Shown one piece after another: positions 19,022-28,761 of a DNA stretch of 41,222 nt. How positions within the stretch are numbered: the first letter of the stretch is position 1; each line of letters starts with the position of its first letter. Below the pieces are notes generated by a model, which saw only the letters and a list, made by a program, of their open reading frames with translations, made no database searches and was not told where the DNA came from. The stretch covers positions 1 through 41,222 of IMG/VR virus record IMGVR_UViG_3300027811_000086, one strand, 5' to 3'. Source of the stretch: a virus. Its lineage: Duplodnaviria > Caudoviricetes. The position numbers and the translations under genes are program-made.

Positions 19022-19410
19022 CAGTGGTGATTGGTTTCGAGCAGACAGCCGAAGACGGCGAGAACGTCGCCGACGCAAAAGTTGATTTGGGTGGCGGCGA
19101 AATTTTGCTTGCTCCTCATTTTGGGCCAGCAGGATATGATGCTCAACCGTTGCCAGGCGACTATGCGGCGCTCATTTCTCAGAGCGGCGGCAACGGTTCT
19201 GCGGCTATAGGGTACGCAGATCCGATCAATCCCCCGCAAGCAGCAGGAGGTGAGGCAGGTTTTTATGCACGCGCGAGTGATGGGGCGATTGTGTGTAGTT
19301 TTTATTTAAGAGCCGATGGCTCTGCGCGATTTGAAAACGCAAACGGTTTTTTTGAGTTAGCGTCCAATGGAAGCGTAACAATCAACGGAAATCTGAGGGT
19401 TGATCCATGA
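19009..19410 (+). CDS. Baseplate spike protein (Mu gp45/gpV-like)
   Basis: P.G..AQPLPGD OB-fold motif, GE..FY, C-terminal TINGNLRV beta-helix repeat. Confidence 0.75.
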   Translation: MGALAVVIGFEQTAEDGENVADAKVDLGGGEILLAPHFGPAGYDAQPLPGDYAALISQSGGNGSAAIGYADPINPPQAAGGEAGFYARASDGAIVCSFYLRADGSARFENANGFFELASNGSVTINGNLRVDP

Positions 19411-19787
19411 GTCTTGAATTGCTCATGAATACAAAAGGAACGTTAGGACACGCCGAAGGATCTTTGATTTCCGGTGGTGTGTTTACTATTATTTCTTTAC
19501 CGGCAATTACATGTCAGGCCGGCGATGCATATGCTTATCGCGGGCCACTCCAATACAGTTTTTCAGGGGGCAATGCTCAAGGATTTGATTCGGGGTCCGT
19601 CAACACGATCGTTCCGCAAACGATTAATCCGACGGCGCTCAAGGTATGGGCGGACGGGCAACTTGTAATTCGCCAAGGCGACACGGGAACACTGACAGCA
19701 ATTGGAACTATTTCGGGAAATCCTGCGACTGTCGTAGGGCAGGCGGAAGTTGCAACTGCTGGGCAAGATAAGGTTTACGGACAATGA
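19407..19787 (+). CDS. Putative spike-tip protein (PAAR-like)
   Basis: TALKVWADGQLVIRQGD resembles the PAAR repeat S.KV..NG.PAARVGD; directly after the spike gene. Confidence 0.5.
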   Translation: MSLELLMNTKGTLGHAEGSLISGGVFTIISLPAITCQAGDAYAYRGPLQYSFSGGNAQGFDSGSVNTIVPQTINPTALKVWADGQLVIRQGDTGTLTAIGTISGNPATVVGQAEVATAGQDKVYGQ

Positions 19788-20206
19788 CGGATGTTGTTTT
19801 ATATCAGACCAATGACGGCGGGGAAATCAGCGCGGTCAACGGGACTGTTTTGATGGGAGGTGGAATTTCTACGGCGGTTTATTTGGCATTGTTTGGTGGT
19901 AACGAAGACGACGCGGGGGGGAGCGATAAAACCCTGAGTTGGTGGGGCAATCAACTCGATGCGGATATTGCTCGGCATTATCGTAGCAAGACACAATATC
20001 TGTTGCGATCTATTCCCGCAATTCCAATAAATCTCGGGCGCATAAAAACAGCAATTGAAGGTGATCTAGCAGCACTAGTAGCAGCTAAAGCGTTTTCAAT
20101 AATAGAAATAACTATTACTATTCCGCAGGTGAATTGGATTAATATTTCGGTTAAAACGAATCTTGGGGATGTTTCGTTTATGAGCCCGTGGGAGGCATCA
20201 ATATGA
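19784..20206 (+). CDS. Baseplate wedge protein (Mu gp46-like)
   Basis: ISTAVYLALF...SWWGN...S...L motif; synteny. Confidence 0.8.
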   Translation: MTDVVLYQTNDGGEISAVNGTVLMGGGISTAVYLALFGGNEDDAGGSDKTLSWWGNQLDADIARHYRSKTQYLLRSIPAIPINLGRIKTAIEGDLAALVAAKAFSIIEITITIPQVNWINISVKTNLGDVSFMSPWEASI

Positions 20207-21402
20207 GCCAGCAAATACCGACGACTGCGGAGCTCAATACCGCTATCATTGCGCAGTTGGAGACGGCTTTCGGACAAATTGTTCCTATTTTTCCGAAAGC
20301 ATTTTTACGCGTCATTGCGAAAGTATTGGCTGCGGTACTCGTCATTGCTTACAAGTACGGCGGGTTTATTTTTTTACAACAGTTTGTGCAATTCGCGTCG
20401 ACTGCGGAAACAACTATAAATGGAAAAAAAGTCACGCCACTCATCGAATGGGGCCACCTTGTTGGCGCCGACGATCCCGCTGCGGCGACGCGTGCGGAGT
20501 ACATCATAAACATTACGGTAACAAGCCAAGTGGGATCGCTTCCTTTTCATACTCAATTACAAAACGCGAGTAATGGTGTGACCTACTTGACTCTCGCTGT
20601 GGTGCCGTTGGACGCGGCCGTTGTGCAAGCAAACATCCGAGCGTATTCGGACCAGGCCGGCGGGGGTGGTAAGGGATCGATTGGAAATCTCGCAGTAGGT
20701 GACGTCGTTTCCTTTGTGAGTCCCGAAGCGAATGTCGCAACAAACGCAGCGGTCGCTTCCGAGGTGACCCGCGGAGCCGATGCTGAGGATTGGGAAGTCT
20801 ATCGACAGCGTGTGATTGATCGTTTCCGTGCGCAGCCACAGGGCGGCGCTCCAGTTGACTACGAGCAGTGGGGCGAAACGGTTCCGGGGATCATCAACGT
20901 GTATCCCTACAAAGGCGATCCGGGGATTGTCGAGGTTTATTCCGAGGCGACGCCGGAGAGCTGCGGAAATGCCGACGGTATTCCTACGGGTGGACAACTC
21001 GCTGCTGTGTTGGCGGCGATCGAATTGGATGACGCAGGCCTCGCGAGCCGGCGTCCTATTTCTTCTTTTGTTGAGTCATACGCAATTACTCGCACGGGTT
21101 TTTCCGTGGTAATTGCGGGGGTGCAGGGAGGGGTTGATTTAGTCGGGATGCAAACGCGAATGATTGCCGCAGTCACGCAGTATTTTTTAAGTCGTGCGCC
21201 TTTTATCTCGGGATTAACCTTGGGAGCGCGGCGTGATCGTATTACGGTGTCCGCGGTGGCGGGCGCGGTGCAAGACATTGCCGACGCTTATGGCGCCATT
21301 TTTAGTGGGGTTGTGATAACGGAAAATGGAGTAGGTACGATCACAATTCGATCGCTGGGCATGGGAGAAAAAGCAAAGGTAACGAGTGTGACGTTTACAT
21401 GA
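20203..21402 (+). CDS. Baseplate J-like protein (Mu gp47-like)
   Basis: G..GNL, GADAE..E.YRQRV..R....PQGGA..DY..W motifs; GGAGG SD before ATG 20203. Confidence 0.9.
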   Translation: MSQQIPTTAELNTAIIAQLETAFGQIVPIFPKAFLRVIAKVLAAVLVIAYKYGGFIFLQQFVQFASTAETTINGKKVTPLIEWGHLVGADDPAAATRAEYIINITVTSQVGSLPFHTQLQNASNGVTYLTLAVVPLDAAVVQANIRAYSDQAGGGGKGSIGNLAVGDVVSFVSPEANVATNAAVASEVTRGADAEDWEVYRQRVIDRFRAQPQGGAPVDYEQWGETVPGIINVYPYKGDPGIVEVYSEATPESCGNADGIPTGGQLAAVLAAIELDDAGLASRRPISSFVESYAITRTGFSVVIAGVQGGVDLVGMQTRMIAAVTQYFLSRAPFISGLTLGARRDRITVSAVAGAVQDIADAYGAIFSGVVITENGVGTITIRSLGMGEKAKVTSVTFT

Positions 21403-22247
21403 TTGAACTCTTCAAACATCTTCTTCCGCGCGCGCAGGCATGGTCGATCACAATTGATAAGCAGTTGCGGCGTTTGTTTGTAGGGCTATCGCCGTCTGTC
21501 GATTCGCTTCGTACTTTTTTCGATATGGTGTGGCTCGACATGTTTCCTGCGACTACGCGCGAACTCACGGCGTGGGAAGCACAGTTCGGTTTATTTCGAT
21601 ACAACCTTTCCGAGCCGCAACGGCGGGAGCGTCTCGCAGCGCTCTGGGCGGCGACGGGCGGTCAGAGCCCTCGATACATTCAAGATACGCTTCGCAATGC
21701 GGGGTTTGATGTTTATGTGCACGAGTGGTGGGAGATGCCCGCGGCGCATCCGCCCGTTGCGCGTAATCCGTTTATTGTTTTAGGTGGGATTGAGTACGGT
21801 TGCGGCGACACGTTGATGGAGTGTGGCGAGCTCGTTGCCGAGTGCGGAGATAGTACTGAGTACGCTGGCTGGGTGCTCGTAAACAAACTCTACAACACCT
21901 ATTTAAATCTTACGTGTCTTTGCGGCGAAGCACACATGGAGTGCGGCGAAGCACTTGCGGCGTGCGGCGAAAACGACGGTATTATTTTTGAGCGCGTGCA
22001 ATACGCCATTCCGCACGACCCGGCGTTCTGGCCTTACTTTATCTATATTGGAGGGGAGACGTTTGGGACATTGGCGAAAATCGCCGCCGATCGTTTCGAC
22101 GAATTGGAAGATTTAATTTTAAAAATCGTACCAGAGCATTTATGGATTATCATGCTTGTAGATTTTCAATTTTATATAATTGAAGATGCAACTTTAAATT
22201 ATGTTATTGAGGATTTCTCCGGTGATTATTTGTTGGAGGTGCTTTAA
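21399..22247 (+). CDS. Baseplate wedge protein (Mu gp48/YmfQ-like) with Cys-rich repeats
   Basis: FKHLLPR..AW, L.AWE..FGL, GGQSPRYIQ, LE..I.KI.P.H motifs. Confidence 0.8.
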   Translation: MIELFKHLLPRAQAWSITIDKQLRRLFVGLSPSVDSLRTFFDMVWLDMFPATTRELTAWEAQFGLFRYNLSEPQRRERLAALWAATGGQSPRYIQDTLRNAGFDVYVHEWWEMPAAHPPVARNPFIVLGGIEYGCGDTLMECGELVAECGDSTEYAGWVLVNKLYNTYLNLTCLCGEAHMECGEALAACGENDGIIFERVQYAIPHDPAFWPYFIYIGGETFGTLAKIAADRFDELEDLILKIVPEHLWIIMLVDFQFYIIEDATLNYVIEDFSGDYLLEVL

Positions 22248-25200
22248 TGGCTGACACACTGCATTCGCAAGTAAGACCAAATTCGCGACACGCGATCCAT
22301 AATCTCACATATCCCGATTCGGCAGATAGGCTCGCGGGAACAAATGAGGGGTCTGGAATTGTAGTCGGTACCAGCAATTTATATCAAATTGCAAAACAAG
22401 ACGACGATGATAGCCTTTGGATGCTAACATCAATTGCGCCGCTCGCGTGGAAATCGATCGGGGTTATTTGCGATCTCGATATGGGGTACAATTTGTTTGC
22501 TTCTAGTCCTGCAATCGTGCATATAGACAGCGCCGAGGGCCAGGGCGATCTGCGATTTAACATCGATAGTTTGAATTCTTTTATTATTGATTTATCCGGT
22601 ATTGTCGTGGAAGGGACCGACGACGGTTTCCAAGTAAACAATGGGCTGAATTATTTTCGCGTAAATAGAAGTGCACCAAACACAATAACACTCGGCGCGC
22701 AGCTAGCATTGATGGCTGTTGAGACGGCCGGAATAATTGATTTGAATGCGACGGGTATTTGTGCATTACATGGTTTAAACATCGGCTTGAATACGGCGAG
22801 CGGGTTTGGCACTTCGGCCGTGGGTGTTGTTTCTATCGCGGCCGGCACCGCGCCTTCGACTTCGCCTGTAGATGTCGTGCAATTATGGGTAGCAAATCGA
22901 GGTGGAGTTGCTGATAAAGGATCTCTATTTGTGCGCTCCGAAGATGGCACCTCTCATGTGTTAGGTGATCGTGTTGGAATCGGAACGGTAACGCCGGGAT
23001 ACACGTGCGAGGTCGCAGGCGACTTCGCGGCGACGGGAGTTGTACGTGTTGGTGCCGGGCACGATGCAGGGACCGCTGGATACTATTTACGATCGGCCGG
23101 CGGATCTGCGGCGCCGACATGGTCAGCAGTATCAACTTTAGATCATGGTAGTCTTGGTGGACTTGCTGATGATGATCATACGCAATACGCTCTATTGGCA
23201 GGCCGCGCAGGCGGGCAGATATTGGTCGGGGGCACGGCTGTTACAGACGATTTAGTTCTTCGCGCAACCGCGGGCGCGGGGGCGAGCGGTTCGGATATTA
23301 TTTTTCAAGTGGGAAACAACGGCGCGACGGAAGCTCTTCGTGTTTTATATGATGGAAAAACAGGCATCGGAACAGCGGCACCCTCATCTCATTTTGACAT
23401 TGAAATAACAGGCACTGCAAAAGCAATAACTAATATTTTTGAAATAACAAACAAGTATAACGCCGCCGATATGGATGGAACAGGCAGCGCTATTCTTTTT
23501 AATAACTGGTATTACGATATATCCGTGCCTGCGGTCATTTCTGCAGCTCGTATTGTCGTAGGAACCGAGACCGATTGGACACCTACGGCGGCAAGCCAAG
23601 ATAGTTATATGGCGTTTGAAACGGCGCTTGATGGTGCTGTAGCAGAAAGACTGCGTATTAAAAGCAATGGCTATGTAGGAATTGGAACAAATAATCCACT
23701 GAGTAAATTATCGTTATCACATACCAGTACAGTGGCACATTATAATTTTTTAGAATTTAATATGTCTTCATGGGGGAATTCATCGGGCTACCACAAAAAC
23801 ATTATTTGGACTGATGACACGAATGAAAAATTTGCTGCAATAGGTTGTACCTATATAGCAGGAATTTGCAGTATGGATATTCATTCACTATATAATAGTG
23901 GATACAAAACAGATGATGATATTATTTTGCGTATTAGTGCGAATGGAAACATAGGAATTAATACCACGACTTTTGGAACATCGGCAGCAAAGGTACTACA
24001 GATTGCGAATGGAACCGCGCCTTCTTCGAGTCCTGCCGATAGTGTAGCAATATGGGCGGCAGATCGTAATGGTGTTGCAGATAAAGCGAGCTTGCATTTG
24101 AGAACAGAAGCAGGTGTATCGCATATATTGGGGGATCTGGTTGGAATAAACACATTAAATCCGTTAAGTCAATTACATGTAAAATATGATGGTGCATTAT
24201 TAACAACAATACAAGCAAGATTTGAAAATACTACAGCCGGCGGAACAGCGGGATTCGGGCTAAGTAATCCAACAAGTGGATGGACAATATATTTTAGAAC
24301 TAATCCCGGAGCTGGATGGTTTGAAATTGCCGACGGTGCGGGAGGAATACAGCATCGCTGGGATGCAAAAGACTATATGATTGCATCTGACGGAAAATTA
24401 AAATTTAGTTCTGAGAGCAATTATGCAACCGGTGGTACTGGGTCTGGGGATACCAATCTATATAGAGCTGCTGCGCATACATTGAAGACGGATGATTATT
24501 TTGTTATTGCGGGAAGTCTTGCAGTAAATTTAGCGGATTTTTCTGGTGAAATAGGAGTTATAACTGCGAAAGGTAGTTCCAATAACGGATCTAGTTACAT
24601 TTATTTAGGTAGAGATTCTGATGATGTGACAGTCGCAAAAATAGATACAAATGGAAAAGGTATATTTAATGGCGGGTGGACAGATGGCGTGACAACTATT
24701 CTTTCTGGCGCCATAACTGAGGTTGCTTCGATTACGAATGTTGCTAGAGATTTAAATGTAGTTTTAGCGAATGCTTATTCTGCCGTATTTAACTTGGCCG
24801 GATGTACCGGTGTAGCAGATGGTTTAATAATTGTTGATGGAACCAATTATATCAATATAACCCATGTCGCTGCTAACAGTATTTCGATGGCGATTGAGGT
24901 ATTTTCGTATGATTTTAATTGCGCACAGGCGGCATATTTAAAATCGGGAACGACGATGTTAATCCAAGCGGGTACTACTGCTAGGATAAGCGCGACAAAT
25001 CTCGGCATCAACACGGCGACGTTCGGTACAGCAATGGCGGGCGGTATTGCAATTTTAAACGGCACGGCTGGATCGGGAACTCTTGCGGATACTACGCGTA
25101 TCTGGTCGGCAGATCGCGGGACCGTCGCGGGTAAAGCGGCACTGCATGTAATGAGCGAGGACGGGACGCCGATCGTATTAGGAGATTTCTGCGGTATCAA

Positions 25201-25711
25201 TCGAGCATCCCCAACATGTCCATTGGATGTCCAGGGATATTCGGCCGATGGCTCAACAAATATTGCGGCCTTTTACGATAATCGGCCGGTCTTAGTTGCG
25301 GCTATTAAATCAGATGGTGCCATCATCCATAGTGTAAATAACAGCATCGGAATGGACGCATCGGGAAATAGACTGGATACGATCGCAAACTGCAATTATG
25401 TCGTCAAGCACACCGCGGGCGCGACATTATCTACCGATGAATACATTGATTTACCGAACGCTAGCGGGGGGTGGTGTATTTTGCACATAAAGGAAGGCCT
25501 TGGTGAATTTGATCGTATTACTTTAGGTTTCGCTTGGGGGCCATCTGGAGGAGTCGGGTTTAATATTGATCCATATCCATCAACAGCGTACACGTCGCTT
25601 ACCGATGAAGCTAGTAAATTTTGCGTGTTTGATAACGGTACAAGTGTTCGAATAAAAAATAGGATGGCAACAACAAAAACAATTATTTATGAGTATCATT
25701 ACATTCAATAA
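22247..25711 (+). CDS. Large modular tail fibre / receptor-binding protein
   Basis: 1154 aa, Gly/Thr/Ala-rich, repeated VGIGT/GINT motifs, DHGSLGGLADDDHTQY motif, three copies of a ~70-aa module; follows the baseplate. Confidence 0.75.
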   Translation: MADTLHSQVRPNSRHAIHNLTYPDSADRLAGTNEGSGIVVGTSNLYQIAKQDDDDSLWMLTSIAPLAWKSIGVICDLDMGYNLFASSPAIVHIDSAEGQGDLRFNIDSLNSFIIDLSGIVVEGTDDGFQVNNGLNYFRVNRSAPNTITLGAQLALMAVETAGIIDLNATGICALHGLNIGLNTASGFGTSAVGVVSIAAGTAPSTSPVDVVQLWVANRGGVADKGSLFVRSEDGTSHVLGDRVGIGTVTPGYTCEVAGDFAATGVVRVGAGHDAGTAGYYLRSAGGSAAPTWSAVSTLDHGSLGGLADDDHTQYALLAGRAGGQILVGGTAVTDDLVLRATAGAGASGSDIIFQVGNNGATEALRVLYDGKTGIGTAAPSSHFDIEITGTAKAITNIFEITNKYNAADMDGTGSAILFNNWYYDISVPAVISAARIVVGTETDWTPTAASQDSYMAFETALDGAVAERLRIKSNGYVGIGTNNPLSKLSLSHTSTVAHYNFLEFNMSSWGNSSGYHKNIIWTDDTNEKFAAIGCTYIAGICSMDIHSLYNSGYKTDDDIILRISANGNIGINTTTFGTSAAKVLQIANGTAPSSSPADSVAIWAADRNGVADKASLHLRTEAGVSHILGDLVGINTLNPLSQLHVKYDGALLTTIQARFENTTAGGTAGFGLSNPTSGWTIYFRTNPGAGWFEIADGAGGIQHRWDAKDYMIASDGKLKFSSESNYATGGTGSGDTNLYRAAAHTLKTDDYFVIAGSLAVNLADFSGEIGVITAKGSSNNGSSYIYLGRDSDDVTVAKIDTNGKGIFNGGWTDGVTTILSGAITEVASITNVARDLNVVLANAYSAVFNLAGCTGVADGLIIVDGTNYINITHVAANSISMAIEVFSYDFNCAQAAYLKSGTTMLIQAGTTARISATNLGINTATFGTAMAGGIAILNGTAGSGTLADTTRIWSADRGTVAGKAALHVMSEDGTPIVLGDFCGINRASPTCPLDVQGYSADGSTNIAAFYDNRPVLVAAIKSDGAIIHSVNNSIGMDASGNRLDTIANCNYVVKHTAGATLSTDEYIDLPNASGGWCILHIKEGLGEFDRITLGFAWGPSGGVGFNIDPYPSTAYTSLTDEASKFCVFDNGTSVRIKNRMATTKTIIYEYHYIQ

Positions 25712-25719
25712 GGAGTCCC

Positions 25720-26109
25720 ATGCCTACGATTCGAAAAAGAGATGACGACACACAGACCCGAAATATACGTGATATAGCCCGAGATGTTGTTCGCGAAGAA
25801 TCTGATCGTTATTTGGAATCTATCCATAGTATGATGAACACGATGGAAGGAAACATCGAAAAATTCTGTGCGACTAAAATTGATATTGAAAAACTACGTT
25901 CTGAAATTTCTGACATGGGGTTTAAGTGTCTTGCGGGATCTCATAACCAAATAGAGGCCGCACTCATCCAACACAAATTAGACGGGCATCGCGCATCGCT
26001 TATTCCTAAACCAATCTATAGCAAAAAACAGATCGCGTTTGGTGCAAGCATTATCTCTTCTATCACGGGATTTTTAACTTGGGTCATTACATATTTTTGG
26101 CCGAAATGA
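25720..26109 (+). CDS. Hypothetical protein with C-terminal transmembrane helix
   Basis: AAGGAG SD; helical body plus IAFGASIISSITGFLTWVITYFW. Confidence 0.55.
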   Translation: MPTIRKRDDDTQTRNIRDIARDVVREESDRYLESIHSMMNTMEGNIEKFCATKIDIEKLRSEISDMGFKCLAGSHNQIEAALIQHKLDGHRASLIPKPIYSKKQIAFGASIISSITGFLTWVITYFWPK

Positions 26110-26117
26110 GGTGAACA

Positions 26118-26357
26118 ATGGCAAAACAATTAGGTACGCCTAAATCTATTTTTGAGGCTGTCGAGGGCGACGAAGTTGTTTTTAAAACAAAAGAAATGCG
26201 CGTGCAAATCGACCCGCAGGGAAGGAAAAGTTTACAGGTCGCTTCCGCGGACTTGAGAATGGAAGTCTTGACCGAGAACGAGCTTGATAATAAAATAGCG
26301 GTATTAGAAGCCGAGCTTGTTCGGCTTAAGGATTTACAGAAAGAAATCAAGAAATGA
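26118..26357 (+). CDS. Hypothetical coiled-coil protein
   Basis: GAGGTG SD; C-terminal heptads LDNKIAVLEAELVRLKDLQ. Confidence 0.55.
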   Translation: MAKQLGTPKSIFEAVEGDEVVFKTKEMRVQIDPQGRKSLQVASADLRMEVLTENELDNKIAVLEAELVRLKDLQKEIKK

Positions 26358-26746
26358 GTCGCTTAAAAATAAAGCGACCTAACAAAAGGGGCTCAAAAGT
26401 GAAAGTAAAATTGAATCAAGTATTGAAAACATTCAGGGGTTTGCCGTGCGTATTTCAAGACGGCGCGGATTTAAAAAATCTGACATTGAAAGAAGCATGT
26501 CTCAACGGGCTTGCCTACGCAGAAAAAGACGTCACGCCTAAAGAACAAATGAAGCGGTATTCTTTGGGCGCAAAAATTGGAGCTACAGACGACGAGCCAG
26601 AAACAGAAATCGAATTGACCGCCGCGGATATTACGCTGCTCGTCTCATCGATCTATAAAGCACACCCGTCGCCAATTATCGGCCCCCAGGCCGAGCAGAT
26701 GCTTGATCCCCCCATCGAAAAAGAAGGAGCAAAAAATGGGAATTAA
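26354..26746 (+). CDS. Hypothetical phage protein of a type often found after tail fibres (possible fibre chaperone)
   Basis: LTLKEACLNGL...KRYSLG.KI...IELTAADITLL...PIIG.QA pattern recalled from fibre-adjacent phage ORFs; ATGA overlap. Confidence 0.5.
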   Translation: MSRLKIKRPNKRGSKVKVKLNQVLKTFRGLPCVFQDGADLKNLTLKEACLNGLAYAEKDVTPKEQMKRYSLGAKIGATDDEPETEIELTAADITLLVSSIYKAHPSPIIGPQAEQMLDPPIEKEGAKNGN

Positions 26747-27545
26747 CCCGTATTCAAGATACCCCACAAAAACAAACGCGCCCGATACTGACTACCCCTA
26801 CGGGTCGGCTCGAAACGTTAGCACGCCAGGCGATGGTACAGGTACACCGTGGGAGCAAGCGGTTGTAAATGATCTTTGGGGTTGGATGCAAAACCTCCTC
26901 TACCAGGCCGGGATCGCGCCATCAGGCAACCCGGATAAAAAAGACGTATCGCAGTACTACGACGCGATTCGCCAAACCGCCGGCTATCCCGGCATGGTCT
27001 CGGCGTTTATGACAAACGTTGACCCCGCGACGCTCGGCATTCGCGCGCTTCTCCTAGAGGGCGGCTCCGTGCAAGTCGCACTCTATCATGATCTTTATGA
27101 GGCCTGCTATTGCGGCGACGCGAACAACCCGACGGCCGAGGCTTTCTACACTTCGACAGACCCCGAGGGCGTGAATCGCAGTGTCTCGGGCGGCTGGTTA
27201 CAGCTCCCCGATACACGTGGGCGGTTCCCCCGTGGACTCGATTTGACCGGGACGGTTGACCCCGACGGTGCGACGCGCTTGATGGGCGATACGCAGGCCT
27301 GGTCTCAATCAGATCATGCGCACGATATTTGTGATTATATAAGTGGTACGTTGACTTCGCGGCGACATCAATATGCGGATCCAAGTGCAGGCACCAGTGT
27401 GTGGCTTTACGAAAACTCAATCGGCTCGAATCCGATCTGGGCGGGACACATGCGTTCCGCAGTAGGTGGAGGCGCGGGCGTGGAATTAACAGGCACCGAA
27501 TCGCGTCCCTCAAATTTTTGCGTGTGCTGGGCAATCTGGTACTAA
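26736..27545 (+). CDS. Short tail fibre with baseplate-attachment N-terminus and tail-collar domain
   Basis: YPYGSARN..PGDGTGTP..AGI.PSG.PD..SQYYDAI N-terminus; LPDTRGRFPRG..G..Q...HAH collar motif; ESRP.N..W C-terminus; AAGGAG SD before ATG 26736. Confidence 0.8.
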   Translation: MGINPYSRYPTKTNAPDTDYPYGSARNVSTPGDGTGTPWEQAVVNDLWGWMQNLLYQAGIAPSGNPDKKDVSQYYDAIRQTAGYPGMVSAFMTNVDPATLGIRALLLEGGSVQVALYHDLYEACYCGDANNPTAEAFYTSTDPEGVNRSVSGGWLQLPDTRGRFPRGLDLTGTVDPDGATRLMGDTQAWSQSDHAHDICDYISGTLTSRRHQYADPSAGTSVWLYENSIGSNPIWAGHMRSAVGGGAGVELTGTESRPSNFCVCWAIWY

Positions 27546-27941
27546 ATGGAAACGGTACGTTTTGTTGAGTATCGCGGTTTTCGGATTCTAGTGGGATTTG
27601 ATGTTCTTCGAATTGATCCGCTGGCTACACAAAAAAAAGTACTCGAAAAAATACAGACAACGGAACTATGGGGAAAATTTCTACAGAAACAAGATGCACT
27701 TTCTCAGGCTAATTCGTTTGCTGATTGCTGGTTTGCGATAAAAGAATTTGAGGTGATCAAGTCGGAATATGAGCACGAGTATGCGCGTCTCTGGGAATTA
27801 AATCTTGTGCATTTCAACCCCCGCCGGAACGAATTAGTTCTTTCGCAAGATCAAATAGGCGTACTCAAAAACCTTGCTGGGCAACTAAAACAGGGAGAGC
27901 TCCTCACCATCGAAGGCCAAACTATTTTTAAAACTCCGTGA
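27546..27941 (+). CDS. Hypothetical protein (possible tail fibre assembly protein)
   Basis: Abuts the fibre stop codon; last + strand gene. Confidence 0.45.
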   Translation: METVRFVEYRGFRILVGFDVLRIDPLATQKKVLEKIQTTELWGKFLQKQDALSQANSFADCWFAIKEFEVIKSEYEHEYARLWELNLVHFNPRRNELVLSQDQIGVLKNLAGQLKQGELLTIEGQTIFKTP

Positions 27942-28761
27942 AGTTCTGCGTGAAATTTTTAACATACCACGCGATTTTTTCTTCTGCACTTTCGAATGGG
28001 AACCCGGCCGGATCCCACTTTTGCTCATTGCAATGCAGATGCCCGATGAGTCCCACATGGTCGAGATGCCCTGCAAAATATTTGCGAGAAATTTGCTCCT
28101 CCTCATCGCGAGGAAAAAGCGGAAAAGGCAAGAGTGTGTTCCCGAGCACGCCGAGTGCTACCCAAAGCCCCGCTGCCCAGCGACAGACCGCATCGACTTG
28201 CGGGTCGGGCATCTGAAAAACCAACCGGCGAACACCCTGGAGAGCTTGTGGCTTGATTTCGTGCGGAAGGTTCCCGGTCTTCAAGCAGTTTTCTGGCGAG
28301 TAAAAATCAGGATCTTGTGCGACGGCCGGGAATAAGCAGCACTCCACGCCGATGCTTTGTTTGTTGTTGCTGCCTGCGTGCCAAGCGCATTCAACCGCGT
28401 CGAGAAACTGATAGATGCGCCCGTCATCTTCGATCGCAAACTGCACCGACAGGCCGCGCTCGTTGTGCAGCACGTTACGCATCACTTGAGGATTTTTTCG
28501 ATCGCCTCCTGAATGATGGACGAGCACTTGATGAATTTTGCTGACATCACGCTTGCTGTAGCGCCGTCCGGAGATCACCTTCACAATTTTTTTTGTTTTA
28601 GGATCGCGAATTTCCGCGCGGTTCTCGTCGTATTGCGAAAACCCTTTTGGCTCCCACCAAGAGAAAACGCGCGTGCCAATATCGAAGGCATTGCCCGCGA
28701 GCACGATTGCATTTTCGGGATTGTAGGAAGAACCCATGAAAGAGAAATGATGATCAATCAT
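27928..28761 (-). CDS. Endolysin, N-acetylmuramoyl-L-alanine amidase (amidase_2)
   Basis: VLVHHSGG, SVQFAIEDDGRIYQ, AWHAG..N..SIGVE, GHLH...K.DP Zn-amidase motifs. Confidence 0.88.
   Translation of the reverse strand: MIDHHFSFMGSSYNPENAIVLAGNAFDIGTRVFSWWEPKGFSQYDENRAEIRDPKTKKIVKVISGRRYSKRDVSKIHQVLVHHSGGDRKNPQVMRNVLHNERGLSVQFAIEDDGRIYQFLDAVECAWHAGSNNKQSIGVECCLFPAVAQDPDFYSPENCLKTGNLPHEIKPQALQGVRRLVFQMPDPQVDAVCRWAAGLWVALGVLGNTLLPFPLFPRDEEEQISRKYFAGHLDHVGLIGHLHCNEQKWDPAGFPFESAEEKIAWYVKNFTQNFTEF

Noticed and set aside
22247-27941. Mu-type invertible fibre segment
   Set aside because: All fibre genes are on the same strand; no invertase or flanking inverted repeats were seen
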